Origin: Tannockella kyphosi
GTDB taxonomy: Bacteria; Bacillota_I; Bacilli_A; Erysipelotrichales; Coprobacillaceae
Assembly (NCBI RefSeq): GCF_021054785.1
Contig: NZ_CP088239.1
Coordinates: 510,001 to 542,000, forward strand
Direction of reading: 5' to 3'
DNA: 32,000 nucleotides
The position numbers and the translations under genes are program-made. This document shows, piece by piece, positions 25,160 to 32,000 of this stretch. Within the stretch, counting starts at the first letter, position 1, and each line of letters opens with the position of its first letter. Under the pieces are notes generated by a model. The model searched no databases. It saw nothing but the letters and a program-made list of their open reading frames with translations, and was not told where the DNA came from.

Positions 25160-25924
25160 GTGTTATATGTGGATGTAACAGTAATTAGAGATGAATTAGT
25201 AGAACAGATGGAATCAAGGTTTAAAGGAAATATTTATCATTGGTCACAAGTTGTCTTTTCTTATAATTCTAATAAGATGGAAGGGAGTAGGCTAACTGAA
25301 GATCAAGTAGAAATGATTTTTAATCAGGGTTCTGTGATAACAAAGGAAATGGAAGTCTTAAAATTGGATGATCTTACAGAAGCTAGAAACCATTTTCAAT
25401 TAGTTGATTTTATGCTACAGCATATTGATGATCCTATTTCAAAAGAAATGATGATAGAAATGAATGTCATTTTAAAAAGAAATACTTCAGATGAGTTAAA
25501 TCCAAGATACAATGTAGGTGGCTTTAAGGTGATGGAAAATATAATTAGTATGTTCAATGTGATTGAAACTACTGCACCTGCAAAAGTAGATGAAGAAATA
25601 GCAAAATTGATTGATAGTTACAATACGATAGATAGTCCAGGAATAGAGGATATTATTCATTTTCATGTTATGTTTGAAAGAATACATCCGTTTGGAGATG
25701 GGAATGGTCGTGTAGGAAGAATGATTATGTTTAAAGAGTGCTTAAAACACGAAATAGTACCTTTTATTATTTCAGACCAAAATAAGGAATTTTATATTCG
25801 TGGATTACAAGAATATGATAATGAAAAAGGATTTTTATTAGATACGTGTTTACATAGTCAAGATATCTATGAAACTATGGCAGAAAAATTTTTACCAGAT
25901 AAACAACAAGATTTAATCAGATAA
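25160..25924 (+). CDS. Fic-family protein (class II, short form)
   Basis: Inhibitory motif SNKMEG and Fic motif HPFGDGNGRVGR. The start is uncertain: GTG 25160 (track) or in-frame GTG 25169, which has better spacing from GAAAGGA at 25152-25158. An extended -10 TGgTATAAT lies at 25136-25144. Confidence 0.85.
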   Translation: MLYVDVTVIRDELVEQMESRFKGNIYHWSQVVFSYNSNKMEGSRLTEDQVEMIFNQGSVITKEMEVLKLDDLTEARNHFQLVDFMLQHIDDPISKEMMIEMNVILKRNTSDELNPRYNVGGFKVMENIISMFNVIETTAPAKVDEEIAKLIDSYNTIDSPGIEDIIHFHVMFERIHPFGDGNGRVGRMIMFKECLKHEIVPFIISDQNKEFYIRGLQEYDNEKGFLLDTCLHSQDIYETMAEKFLPDKQQDLIR

Positions 25925-25928
25925 ATGA

Positions 25929-25957
25929 AGTCTATGCTGCACGCATAGACTTTTTTT
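25929..25957 (+). terminator. Rho-independent terminator after Fic-2
   Basis: AGTCTATGC TGCAC GCATAGACT followed by TTTTTTT. Confidence 0.8.
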
Positions 25958-26006
25958 AATGGATCAGAAAAAAATTAATGCCGACTTTTTAAATTTAAAA
26001 AATCGC

Positions 26007-26297
26007 AACTTGCACCCTTTCTATTTGGTTTTGATGGGTGCAAGTTTTTAAAGTCAAAGGCTACGATACAATTTCATTGTCTCCTTTTTTAGCTTTTCTC
26101 AGTTCCTTCTTAAAGCGAGTTCTTTTTTTGGGTATGTGTAAAGGGGTAGTCCACGCTTTATTTTTAGCGACTTTTTCTTCCGTTCGCAAGGGTAAACGTT
26201 GCGTACCGCCCTTGCGAACTACATAAAAAGACATTCCACAGGCTACACTCTTTTTCCACAACTTTTTACGGGTAGTCTTGACTGAAAGTCAAGACTA
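26007..26297. other. ORF-poor, locally GC-richer structured segment with three perfect 11-bp-arm hairpins (function unknown)
   Basis: Hairpin A is AACTTGCACCC (26007-26017) / GGGTGCAAGTT (26036-26046). Hairpin B is GTTCGCAAGGG (26182-26192) / CCCTTGCGAAC (26209-26219). Hairpin C is TAGTCTTGACT (26273-26283) / AGTCAAGACTA (26287-26297). The two track ORFs here lie on opposite strands, overlap each other and lack an RBS. Confidence 0.5.
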
Positions 26298-26322
26298 TAA
26301 ATGATTAGTAATGAGTATACGT

Positions 26323-26751
26323 ATGAGTCATTTGCATAAATCTAAAAACATTTATACTTTAATGAATAAGGATATAGAGGTCTTAAAATTAGTCTGTGAT
26401 ATAGAGTTGCAAGGTGCTACAGAAATTATTGAAAAATTTTTCCTGAATTTGCCCCAGTAGGAATAATCAATTATAAATTTGGTCTTTCTAAAACATTATT
26501 TAATGAATGTTAGAAAATAGGGTGATACCTAGTTCTAGGGATCATATTCAGCCTTAAGAAAAGAAAATAATTATGTTCGTTATTTAGGTATTTATACTGA
26601 TTTAGATGTTCCATATGCACAGATTCAGATTGATAAAATGACTGTACTTGATTATCTTCTAGAAAATTATGATAGACATTGGAGAAACTTTGGTTTCATA
26701 CGAGATGTTAATTCGTTGGAACAGATAAAGAAGAATGTATTAAAAAAATAA
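26323..26751 (+). pseudogene. HipA-like kinase gene, shattered by frameshifts and stops and truncated
   Basis: The fragments read, in three frames, MSHLHKSKNIYTLMNKDIEVLKLV...PEFAPVGIINYKFGLSKTLFNEC, ...VIPSSRDHIQP and ...LDYLLENYDRHWRNFGFIRD. The last is the N.DRH..N.GF catalytic-loop pattern of HipA_C-type proteins. Confidence 0.6.
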
Positions 26752-26786
26752 AAATCTTCAGCATATCATATGCTAAAGATTTTTTG
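26751..26786 (+). terminator. Hairpin-terminator repeat, copy 1
   Basis: AAAATCTTCAGCATA (26751-26765) TCA TATGCTAAAGATTTT (26769-26783) followed by a T-run. The stem contains one C/A mismatch. Confidence 0.75.
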
Positions 26787-26962
26787 TCTAGTTTTATAAG
26801 TAATTTATAGAGGAAATAGATTTATGATATACAGAGACTTACTTATAGGTAATTATCATTGCTTTTCGCTATTTTATGTGATATTATGGTAATCCGTTGG
26901 CATTCTATGTGAATAAGGTATAATTTGCTAAATATTTACGGTAACAGAAAGGAAAATTTAAA

Positions 26963-27256
26963 ATGAAACTTTATATAAAAACAATCAATGCTTTTTTAAT
27001 TTTTGTAATGATGATTTCATGTTTATCAGCTATTCAAGCTAGTGCTAGTGAACTTGATCAAAATGCATTTGGGCCATTGCTCCAAGAAGAAATAGAAATC
27101 GTAAATGAACTTTATGAAATTGATCCAAATTTCACTTATGAGGGAGAACTTGTTAGTGTCTCAAAAACAACTGAAATTTTGGAAACTCAAAAAGAATATA
27201 TTCAGAACTTCGATGGAGTTTTGACAAGAGAGGCTAAAGTATGTTTGAATCTATAA
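26963..27256 (+). CDS. Small secreted protein (97 aa, signal peptide)
   Basis: MKLYIKTINAFLIFVMMISCLSAIQASA|SE looks like a Sec signal with AxA cleavage. RBS GAAAGGAAA. No family was recognised. Confidence 0.55.
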   Translation: MKLYIKTINAFLIFVMMISCLSAIQASASELDQNAFGPLLQEEIEIVNELYEIDPNFTYEGELVSVSKTTEILETQKEYIQNFDGVLTREAKVCLNL

Positions 27257-27417
27257 AAAAATTTGTTATTTCATGTATAATGATTTATATTGCTTTGTTT
27301 TGTATTTTGTTTTTTCTACTTTCATTCCCTGGATCTGATATGCTAGGAGGAACATTTACTTATTTTGGCTTTGTGATTTTATCTTCAGTTATACTACATA
27401 CATTCGATAAAAAATAA
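27241..27417 (+). CDS. Small two-TM membrane protein (58 aa), overlapping the end of the previous ORF by 16 nt
   Basis: It is not in the ORF track because it is under 60 aa. MFESIKKFVISCIMIYIALFCILFFLLSFPGSDMLGGTFTYFGFVILSSVILHTFDKK has two hydrophobic stretches. A terminator repeat lies downstream. Confidence 0.45.
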   Translation: MFESIKKFVISCIMIYIALFCILFFLLSFPGSDMLGGTFTYFGFVILSSVILHTFDKK

Positions 27418-27485
27418 AAATAATGATCTGCACGCATCTGTTAAGCTTGTAATTGCAGTAACCTTTTCAAAAGAGAGGACACTAG

Positions 27486-27521
27486 AAAACCTTCAGCATA
27501 TCGTATGCTAAAGGTTTTTTT
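27486..27521 (+). terminator. Hairpin-terminator repeat, copy 2
   Basis: AAAACCTTCAGCATA (27486-27500) TCG TATGCTAAAGGTTTT (27504-27518) followed by a T-run. It has the same C/A mismatch as copy 1, and the T-A pair of copy 1 is replaced by C-G (a compensatory change). Confidence 0.75.
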
Positions 27522-27767
27522 ATGGTCTATTAAAGACATTTTAAATAACTAGTCCCAATGTAAAGTATAAATCTAAAAAAGTTGGTTTCAAGCATGGTTT
27601 TGCCTATCTGTTTTTTTGATTATTTTTTATAATCCGTCGTATTTTCAAGGGTGCTTTGAAGTATGGGGTATGCTTTTGAGTCGGATTAATGTAATGCTTT
27701 TTGTAAAAAAATAAAAAGGGTATATAAAGCCTTTCATAATACATGTTATTGATATGGGTGTGTTGAT

Positions 27768-28318
27768 CGATTCATGTTAGTGCGGGAGGTTGTTCTAATC
27801 CTAATGTTTCTACTGAACCAATGTCTTATGAACAAGGATGGAAACGTAATTTAAGTAAAACAATTAAAGAAACTGGGGATATTCCTGTGATGGCTTGTTG
27901 GGTTATACAGCTACGAGAATATGCTGATTGTGGAAGATAATCTAGATTTCGTTGTATTAGGACACCCACACTTGGCAAATCCGATTGGGTAAATAAAGCA
28001 AAAGCGGGTGATTCATTAGCAATTAGACCATGTGTTTCATGTATGCACTGTGCAGAAAAACTAGGTGTAAAAACACAAATATCTACAGAGTTGATGGAAA
28101 TCACAAAAGATAAAATATTTGTAGATGGTGGTGTTGAAGATAAGGAAATAGCTCGTGATATGGTTGTCTTATTTTTAGGGGTTAGAACTGATTCAGTATT
28201 AATTGATAGTTTTAAAGAGGCGTGTGATAATGTTTTGGTAGTAGGAGGTGCAAATAAATCAGGTAGAGTTTCAAATGCAATATGTAGTGCATTTGAACAA
28301 ACATATTTCTTCAAATAG
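27768..28318 (+). pseudogene. Remnant of an OYE-type NADH:flavin oxidoreductase / enoate (2,4-dienoyl-CoA) reductase-like gene
   Basis: The frames read SIHVSAGGCSNPNVSTEPMSYEQGWKRNLSKTIKETGDIPVMA..., then (shifted) MLIVEDNLDFVVLGHPHLANP, then (shifted) DWVNKAKAGDSLAIRPCVSCMHC. The sequence then jumps straight to a C-terminal piece ...VVLFLGVRTDS...VLVVGGANKSGRVSNAI, so most of the FAD/NAD domain is deleted. The 179-aa minus-strand ORF here is a shadow ORF. Confidence 0.6.
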
Positions 28319-28585
28319 GAGGAGAAAGAAGATAAATTTTTCAGTAGGTACAAAATCAGGAACATTACTTACTAATGAAAAAGCAAAAGTAGCTAAATTA
28401 TCAGGTGAAATACCTGATGAAATTGTACAAGCAGTAGATGTAGATTTAAAAACATTATAATCTAAGCACCTATCTTTGAACCACACCAATCGTTAGCAGA
28501 TGTGGTTTTTACAAATAATGAAAAGGTGTTTTCAAGAGAGTGTATTATGTATATAATATTTTGTATAAGAAGGCGAGGATTAAAT

Positions 28586-29701
28586 ATGAAAAATAGAGAA
28601 TTTCCTAAATTGGGGGTACAACCATCAATGTTAGGATTTGGTTGTATGAGATTTCCAACTAACAAAGATGGAAGTATTGATGAGGCAGAATCGGAAAAAA
28701 TGATTGATAAAGCAATGAGTGAAGGAGTTACTTATATTGACACTGCATTTCCTTATCATGATGGCGATAGTGAGCCTTTTGTAGGAAGAGTTTTAAAAAA
28801 ATACAATAGGGAAGATTTCTTTTTGGCCACGAAATTACCTATTTGGCACATAAAAAGCAAAGAACAAGCAAGAGAAATATTTTTTGATCAATTAAAAAGA
28901 TTAGATGTAGAATATATTGATTTCTATTTATTACATGCATTAGATCAAGGAAAATGGGATACCATTTTAAAATGTGATATTCTTTCTCTTGTAGATGAAC
29001 TAAGAGAAGAAGGGAAAATTCGCTATATTGGATTTAGCTTCCATGATGAATATCCTGTTTTTGAAGAAATTTTAAATTATCGTGATTGGGATTTTTGTCA
29101 ATTACAATTAAATTATATGGATATGGATGTACAAGCTGGTATGAAGGGCTATGAACTTGCAGAAAAACGTGGAATACCAGTCGTTGTTATGGAACCAATC
29201 AAAGGAGGTTCTTTAGCAGAATTACCAGAAGATATTACGGAAATGTTTGCAAAAGCAAAACCTGATGCAACATTATCATCTTGGGCATTACGCTATGTAG
29301 GAACATTACCAAATGTTAAAGTGATTTTAAGCGGGATGTCTACCTATGAACATGTATTAGATAATCTAACGACTTTTAATAACTTTGAAATGTTAAACCA
29401 ACAAGAATTAGAATTAGTACAAGAAGTTGTAGGTATATTAAAATCGAGAACACAAAATGGATGTACCGGGTGTGGTTATTGTATGCCTTGTCCATTTGGG
29501 GTTGATATTCCAACTAATTTTAAATATTGGAACAATGCACATGTATATGGACAACATGAAAAATTTAAAGATAAATTAATTTCTATGACAGGTAAAACAG
29601 CAGATATTTGTAAAAGTTGTGGTGCTTGTGAAAAAATGTGTCCACAACAAATTAAGATTATTGATGATCTAAAGAAAGTAGTAGCCTATACTACAGCTTA
29701 A
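28586..29701 (+). CDS. Aldo/keto reductase with a C-terminal 4Fe-4S cluster-binding extension
   Basis: The start is ATG 28586 (MKNREFPKLGVQPSMLGFGCMRFP), after GAGGA. AKR motifs are present (IDTAFPYHDGDSE, YLLHALD, GFSFHD). The C-terminal Cys clusters are CTGCGYCMPCP and CKSCGACEKMCP. Confidence 0.85.
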   Translation: MKNREFPKLGVQPSMLGFGCMRFPTNKDGSIDEAESEKMIDKAMSEGVTYIDTAFPYHDGDSEPFVGRVLKKYNREDFFLATKLPIWHIKSKEQAREIFFDQLKRLDVEYIDFYLLHALDQGKWDTILKCDILSLVDELREEGKIRYIGFSFHDEYPVFEEILNYRDWDFCQLQLNYMDMDVQAGMKGYELAEKRGIPVVVMEPIKGGSLAELPEDITEMFAKAKPDATLSSWALRYVGTLPNVKVILSGMSTYEHVLDNLTTFNNFEMLNQQELELVQEVVGILKSRTQNGCTGCGYCMPCPFGVDIPTNFKYWNNAHVYGQHEKFKDKLISMTGKTADICKSCGACEKMCPQQIKIIDDLKKVVAYTTA

Positions 29702-29723
29702 AGCAACATTCGTTGCTTTTTTT
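29701..29723 (+). terminator. Rho-independent terminator
   Basis: AAGCAAC ATTC GTTGCTT followed by TTTTT. Confidence 0.75.
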
Positions 29724-29760
29724 ATATCCTAATAAAATCAAAATAAATTAATCTTTCTAT

Positions 29761-29789
29761 TTGACAAAATAGATTTCTTTGTATAAAAT
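29761..29789 (+). promoter_or_regulatory. Sigma-A promoter of the T-box leader
   Basis: TTGACA (29761-29766), a 17-nt spacer, then TAAAAT (29784-29789). An alternative reading is a 15-nt spacer and TATAAA. Confidence 0.65.
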
Positions 29790-29799
29790 AACGGTAATT

Positions 29800-30046
29800 A
29801 CAAAGAAAAGAAAATAGTACAATAAATTATTCTATTTAGAGAAGGCTTGGTTGGTGAAAAAGCTGATAGACATAATATTGGAATACATCTTGGAGTAGAG
29901 TGTTGAAACAATAGTAGGCACCTCCGGTTACAACCGTTATATTGTGCGAGTATGTAAGTACTCAGTGAGGTTTATATAGTGATATATAAGCGAATTAAGG
30001 TGGTACCGCGATAACTCGTCCTTATGATTAGGATGAGTTTTTTATA
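29800..30046 (+). promoter_or_regulatory. T-box riboswitch leader, Tyr specifier (UAC)
   Basis: Stem I was folded by hand. AGUA (29816-29819) is followed by CAAUA (29820-29824), which pairs with UAUUG (29876-29880). The AG bulge AGAGA lies at 29838-29842. The distal loop GGUUGGUGAAA lies at 29849-29859. The specifier loop is GAA-UAC-A (codon at 29884-29886). The F-box CCGTTA is at 29934-29939. The T-box sequence AATTAAGGTGGTACCGCG is at 29993-30010. The terminator is ACTCGTCCT / AGGATGAGT (30014-30037) plus a T-run. Confidence 0.85.
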
Positions 30047-30065
30047 TTTTAAGGGGGAAAGAAAA

Positions 30066-31079
30066 ATGATTATCGTAATGAAAAAAGAAGCAACAGAATT
30101 AGAAATCAAACAAATGGAACAAACAATTATAGACTTAGGTTGTAATGCTCATATTTCTAAAGGAGAAATTGTAACAATTATTGGAGTTGTTGGTGATACA
30201 ACAAAAGTAGATCCAAAACAAGTAGAAGTATTGCATTCAGTAGATAAGGTAATGCATGTTAGTGAACCTTATAAACTAGCAAATAGAGCAATGCACCCAG
30301 AGAATTCTATTATTGATGTAGCTGGTGTTAAAGTGGGAGGAGAGAACTTAGCTTTAATTGCAGGACCATGTTCAGTAGAGAGTGTAGAACAAGTGGTAGA
30401 AATAGCAAAAGCAGCAAAAGCTGCTGGAGCAAATATGTTACGTGGTGGAGCATTCAAACCAAGAACATCACCTTATGCATTCCAAGGGATGGGAAGTAAT
30501 GGATTGGATATTTTAGTAGAAGCAAAGAAAATCACAGGATTACCAATTGTATCAGAATTAATGGATGCCAGTTATATTGAAGAATTTGAAGAAAAAGTAG
30601 ACTTAATTCAAATTGGAGCAAGAAACATGCAAAACTTTGATTTATTAAAAAAATTAGGAAAAGTAAAAAAACCAATTTTATTAAAGAGAGGATTATGTGC
30701 AACATTTGAAGAATGGATTATGTCAGCAGAATATATTATGGCTCATGGGAATCCAAATGTTATCTTATGTGAAAGAGGGATTCGTACATTTGAAAGCTAT
30801 ACAAGAAACACATTAGATTTACAAGCAATCCCAGTAGTACAAAAACTAACACATTTACCAATTATTATTGATCCAAGTCATGCTGGAGGAAAATGGTGGT
30901 TAGTAGAACCAATGGCAAAAGCAGCAGTAGCAGCAGGGTGTGACGGATTAATGGTAGAAGTGCATAATAATCCAGAATGTGCAATGTGTGATGGACCACA
31001 ATCATTAAAACCAGAAAAGTATGCAAAATTAATAAAAGAAGTTGGAGCAATTGCAAAGGTTGTAGGAAAACAAATCTAA
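30066..31079 (+). CDS. aroF: 3-deoxy-7-phosphoheptulonate (DAHP) synthase, type I-beta with an N-terminal ferredoxin-like regulatory domain
   Basis: The start is ATG 30066 (MIIVMKKEATELEIKQMEQTI...) after AAGGGGGA. The catalytic core contains LIAGPCSVES, MLRGGAFKPRTSPY, QIGARNMQNF, KRG and IIDPSH. Confidence 0.88.
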   Translation: MIIVMKKEATELEIKQMEQTIIDLGCNAHISKGEIVTIIGVVGDTTKVDPKQVEVLHSVDKVMHVSEPYKLANRAMHPENSIIDVAGVKVGGENLALIAGPCSVESVEQVVEIAKAAKAAGANMLRGGAFKPRTSPYAFQGMGSNGLDILVEAKKITGLPIVSELMDASYIEEFEEKVDLIQIGARNMQNFDLLKKLGKVKKPILLKRGLCATFEEWIMSAEYIMAHGNPNVILCERGIRTFESYTRNTLDLQAIPVVQKLTHLPIIIDPSHAGGKWWLVEPMAKAAVAAGCDGLMVEVHNNPECAMCDGPQSLKPEKYAKLIKEVGAIAKVVGKQI

Positions 31080-31159
31080 TCTTTTTACAAAAGTCCTTGC
31101 TTTTATCTTTAACTTTCTTTATAATAGCAATTGTATGTTAGAACGAAAAGGGGGGAAAA

Positions 31160-31348
31160 ATGAATATGGCAAAAACTGTAGTTAGAGATAACGAGTCTTT
31201 AGATGACGCATTACGTAGATTTAAAAGACAAGTATCAAGAACAGGTACCCTTCAAGAAGCTCGTAAAAGAGAATTCTATGTTAAACCAGGTTTAAAAAGA
31301 AAATTAAAATCTGAAGCTGCAAGAAAAAACAATAAAAGCAAAAGATAA
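31160..31348 (+). CDS. rpsU: 30S ribosomal protein S21
   Basis: [54 protein letters not shown]. The start is ATG 31160 (best spacing from GGGGGG) or ATG 31166. Confidence 0.93.
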   Translation: MNMAKTVVRDNESLDDALRRFKRQVSRTGTLQEARKREFYVKPGLKRKLKSEAARKNNKSKR

Positions 31349-31356
31349 TAAAACTT

Positions 31357-31388
31357 GAATGATAGATATCTATCATTCTTTTTTTTTA
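31357..31388 (+). terminator. Rho-independent terminator after rpsU
   Basis: GAATGATAGA..TCTATCATTC palindrome followed by about 10 T. Confidence 0.8.
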
Positions 31389-31404
31389 TTTACATATACA
31401 TAGA

Positions 31405-31608
31405 ATGGTGATGAATATGTTAATAATACAAGAAAATCAAGTAGTAATTAAACATTATAAAAAGCTACTTATCCTAAATGAATATCAAATAGATATAGAA
31501 TTAAACCAATCCATTGTACATATTTACGGTACCAACTTAGAAATTAATTATTATTCTTTTGATGAATTGATTATTGTTGGAAAAATAAGGACGGTAAGTT
31601 TTTTATGA
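31405..31608 (+). CDS. yqfC: YabP/YqfC-family sporulation protein
   Basis: VVIKHYKKLLILNEYQIDIEL...IVHIYGTNLEINYYSFDELIIVGKIRTVSF follows the YqfC pattern (i.i.N...il......i.......i.G..L.i.....eei.i.GkI..v.f). The true start may be ATG 31417. The gene order rpsU...yqfC-yqfD matches Bacillus. Confidence 0.6.
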   Translation: MVMNMLIIQENQVVIKHYKKLLILNEYQIDIELNQSIVHIYGTNLEINYYSFDELIIVGKIRTVSFL

Positions 31609-32000
31609 TGGGATATGATTATTATGAAGCAAACATAAGCTCCATTATTGATTTTTTAGATTTTTGTAAGAAGAAAAAAATAATAATTCATAATCTTCAA
31701 AAAAACAAAAGAGGTCAATATCTGTTTTATGCATCTATTATTCATCGAATAACTTTTAGAAAAATAGCATTGCAACCTATTTATAGTGTTGGAATAATAC
31801 ATTATTGTATGTTACTTCTTTTTAGTTGGAAAAATTTAATAGGCATCTTTTGTTTTTGTTTTTCCTTTTATCTAAGCACGCATTATATTTTTAAAATCAA
31901 CATTATTGGGACTAATCTTGAAACAAACAGTCTAATTTCCGATACATTTGAACAAATGGGAATTGAAATAGGAAATACTATTCCTACAAATCAAGAATTA
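31605..32000 (+). CDS. yqfD: YqfD-like sporulation protein, N-terminal part (continues beyond the window)
   Basis: It is not in the track because it is open-ended. ATG 31605 overlaps the yqfC TGA (ATGA). The frame stays open to nt 32000. An N-terminal soluble part is followed by a TM segment (IGIFCFCFSFYL) and then FKINIIGTN, resembling YqfD. Confidence 0.55.
   Translation, partial: MMGYDYYEANISSIIDFLDFCKKKKIIIHNLQKNKRGQYLFYASIIHRITFRKIALQPIYSVGIIHYCMLLLFSWKNLIGIFCFCFSFYLSTHYIFKINIIGTNLETNSLISDTFEQMGIEIGNTIPTNQEL

Noticed and set aside
26038-26261. ORFs 26038..26226 (+) and 26061..26261 (-) as small basic proteins.
   Set aside because: They overlap each other on opposite strands, have no RBS and run straight through long perfect hairpins. 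The region is better described as structured non-coding DNA or RNA.
27826-28365. 179-aa minus-strand ORF, plus the 28271..28489 and 28462..28665 minus-strand ORFs.
   Set aside because: The composition is low-complexity and Ser/Leu-rich, and there is no RBS. They lie antisense to recognisable plus-strand reductase fragments and to the AKR leader, so they are shadow ORFs.
28248-28460. 70-aa ORF as a real gene starting at ATG 28248.
   Set aside because: Its first about 25 codons overlap the C-terminal fragment of the reductase pseudogene in another frame. The plausible RBS lies inside it and is followed by ATA, not a start codon. It is treated as a probable start-codon-loss remnant in the finding covering 26323-28460 and is not annotated as a CDS.
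1-32000. Looked for CRISPR arrays, rRNA genes, intact IS elements with terminal inverted repeats, retron or DGR reverse transcriptases, and prophage structural genes.
   Set aside because: I could see no regularly spaced direct repeats of 25-40 nt, no RT or Cas-like ORFs, no rRNA-like sequence, and no capsid, tail or terminase-like ORFs. The only transposase is a decayed fragment.

Overview
The window is a visibly AT-rich (not computed) Bacillota-type chromosomal segment from a spore-former lineage, judged by the presence of gerE, GerM-like, yqfC and yqfD genes. No tools were run, so every homology statement is recognition by eye. The backbone is ordinary housekeeping: mutS2 (3' end), uvrC, gerE, murI, an MFS transporter, a PLC-like protein, an aminotransferase, a cold-shock protein, a SWIM-SNF2 helicase, an Fe-S aldo/keto reductase, T-box-controlled DAHP synthase, rpsU and yqfC/yqfD. 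Two tRNA-anchored accessory regions interrupt it.

(1) tRNA-Arg(TCT) locus, about 5.9-13.6 kb. It holds a tyrosine integrase, a nonsense-disrupted HsdR_N-type nuclease gene, a small-ORF/TacT-like GNAT pair and a decayed IS1182-type transposase. An imperfect direct repeat of roughly 105-120 bp follows, carrying the last 13 codons of a second integrase. To the right of that repeat sits an orphan two-gene operon: an AAA+ ATPase with an unassignable ~256-aa N-terminal domain, plus a CobT/NorD-like HExxH-vWA protein. I rank this operon as the best candidate for an undescribed conflict or defence module.

(2) tRNA-His(GTG) locus, about 21.1-28.5 kb. It holds a large serine recombinase killed by one in-frame TAA, two class-II Fic proteins, an orphan 149-aa protein and DinJ/YafQ. 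Each minus-strand gene unit ends in a near-identical terminator. Further right are a structured ORF-free segment, a shattered HipA-like gene, a hairpin-flanked minicassette with two small envelope proteins, and a decayed OYE-type reductase.

No CRISPR array, rRNA gene or intact IS was seen.
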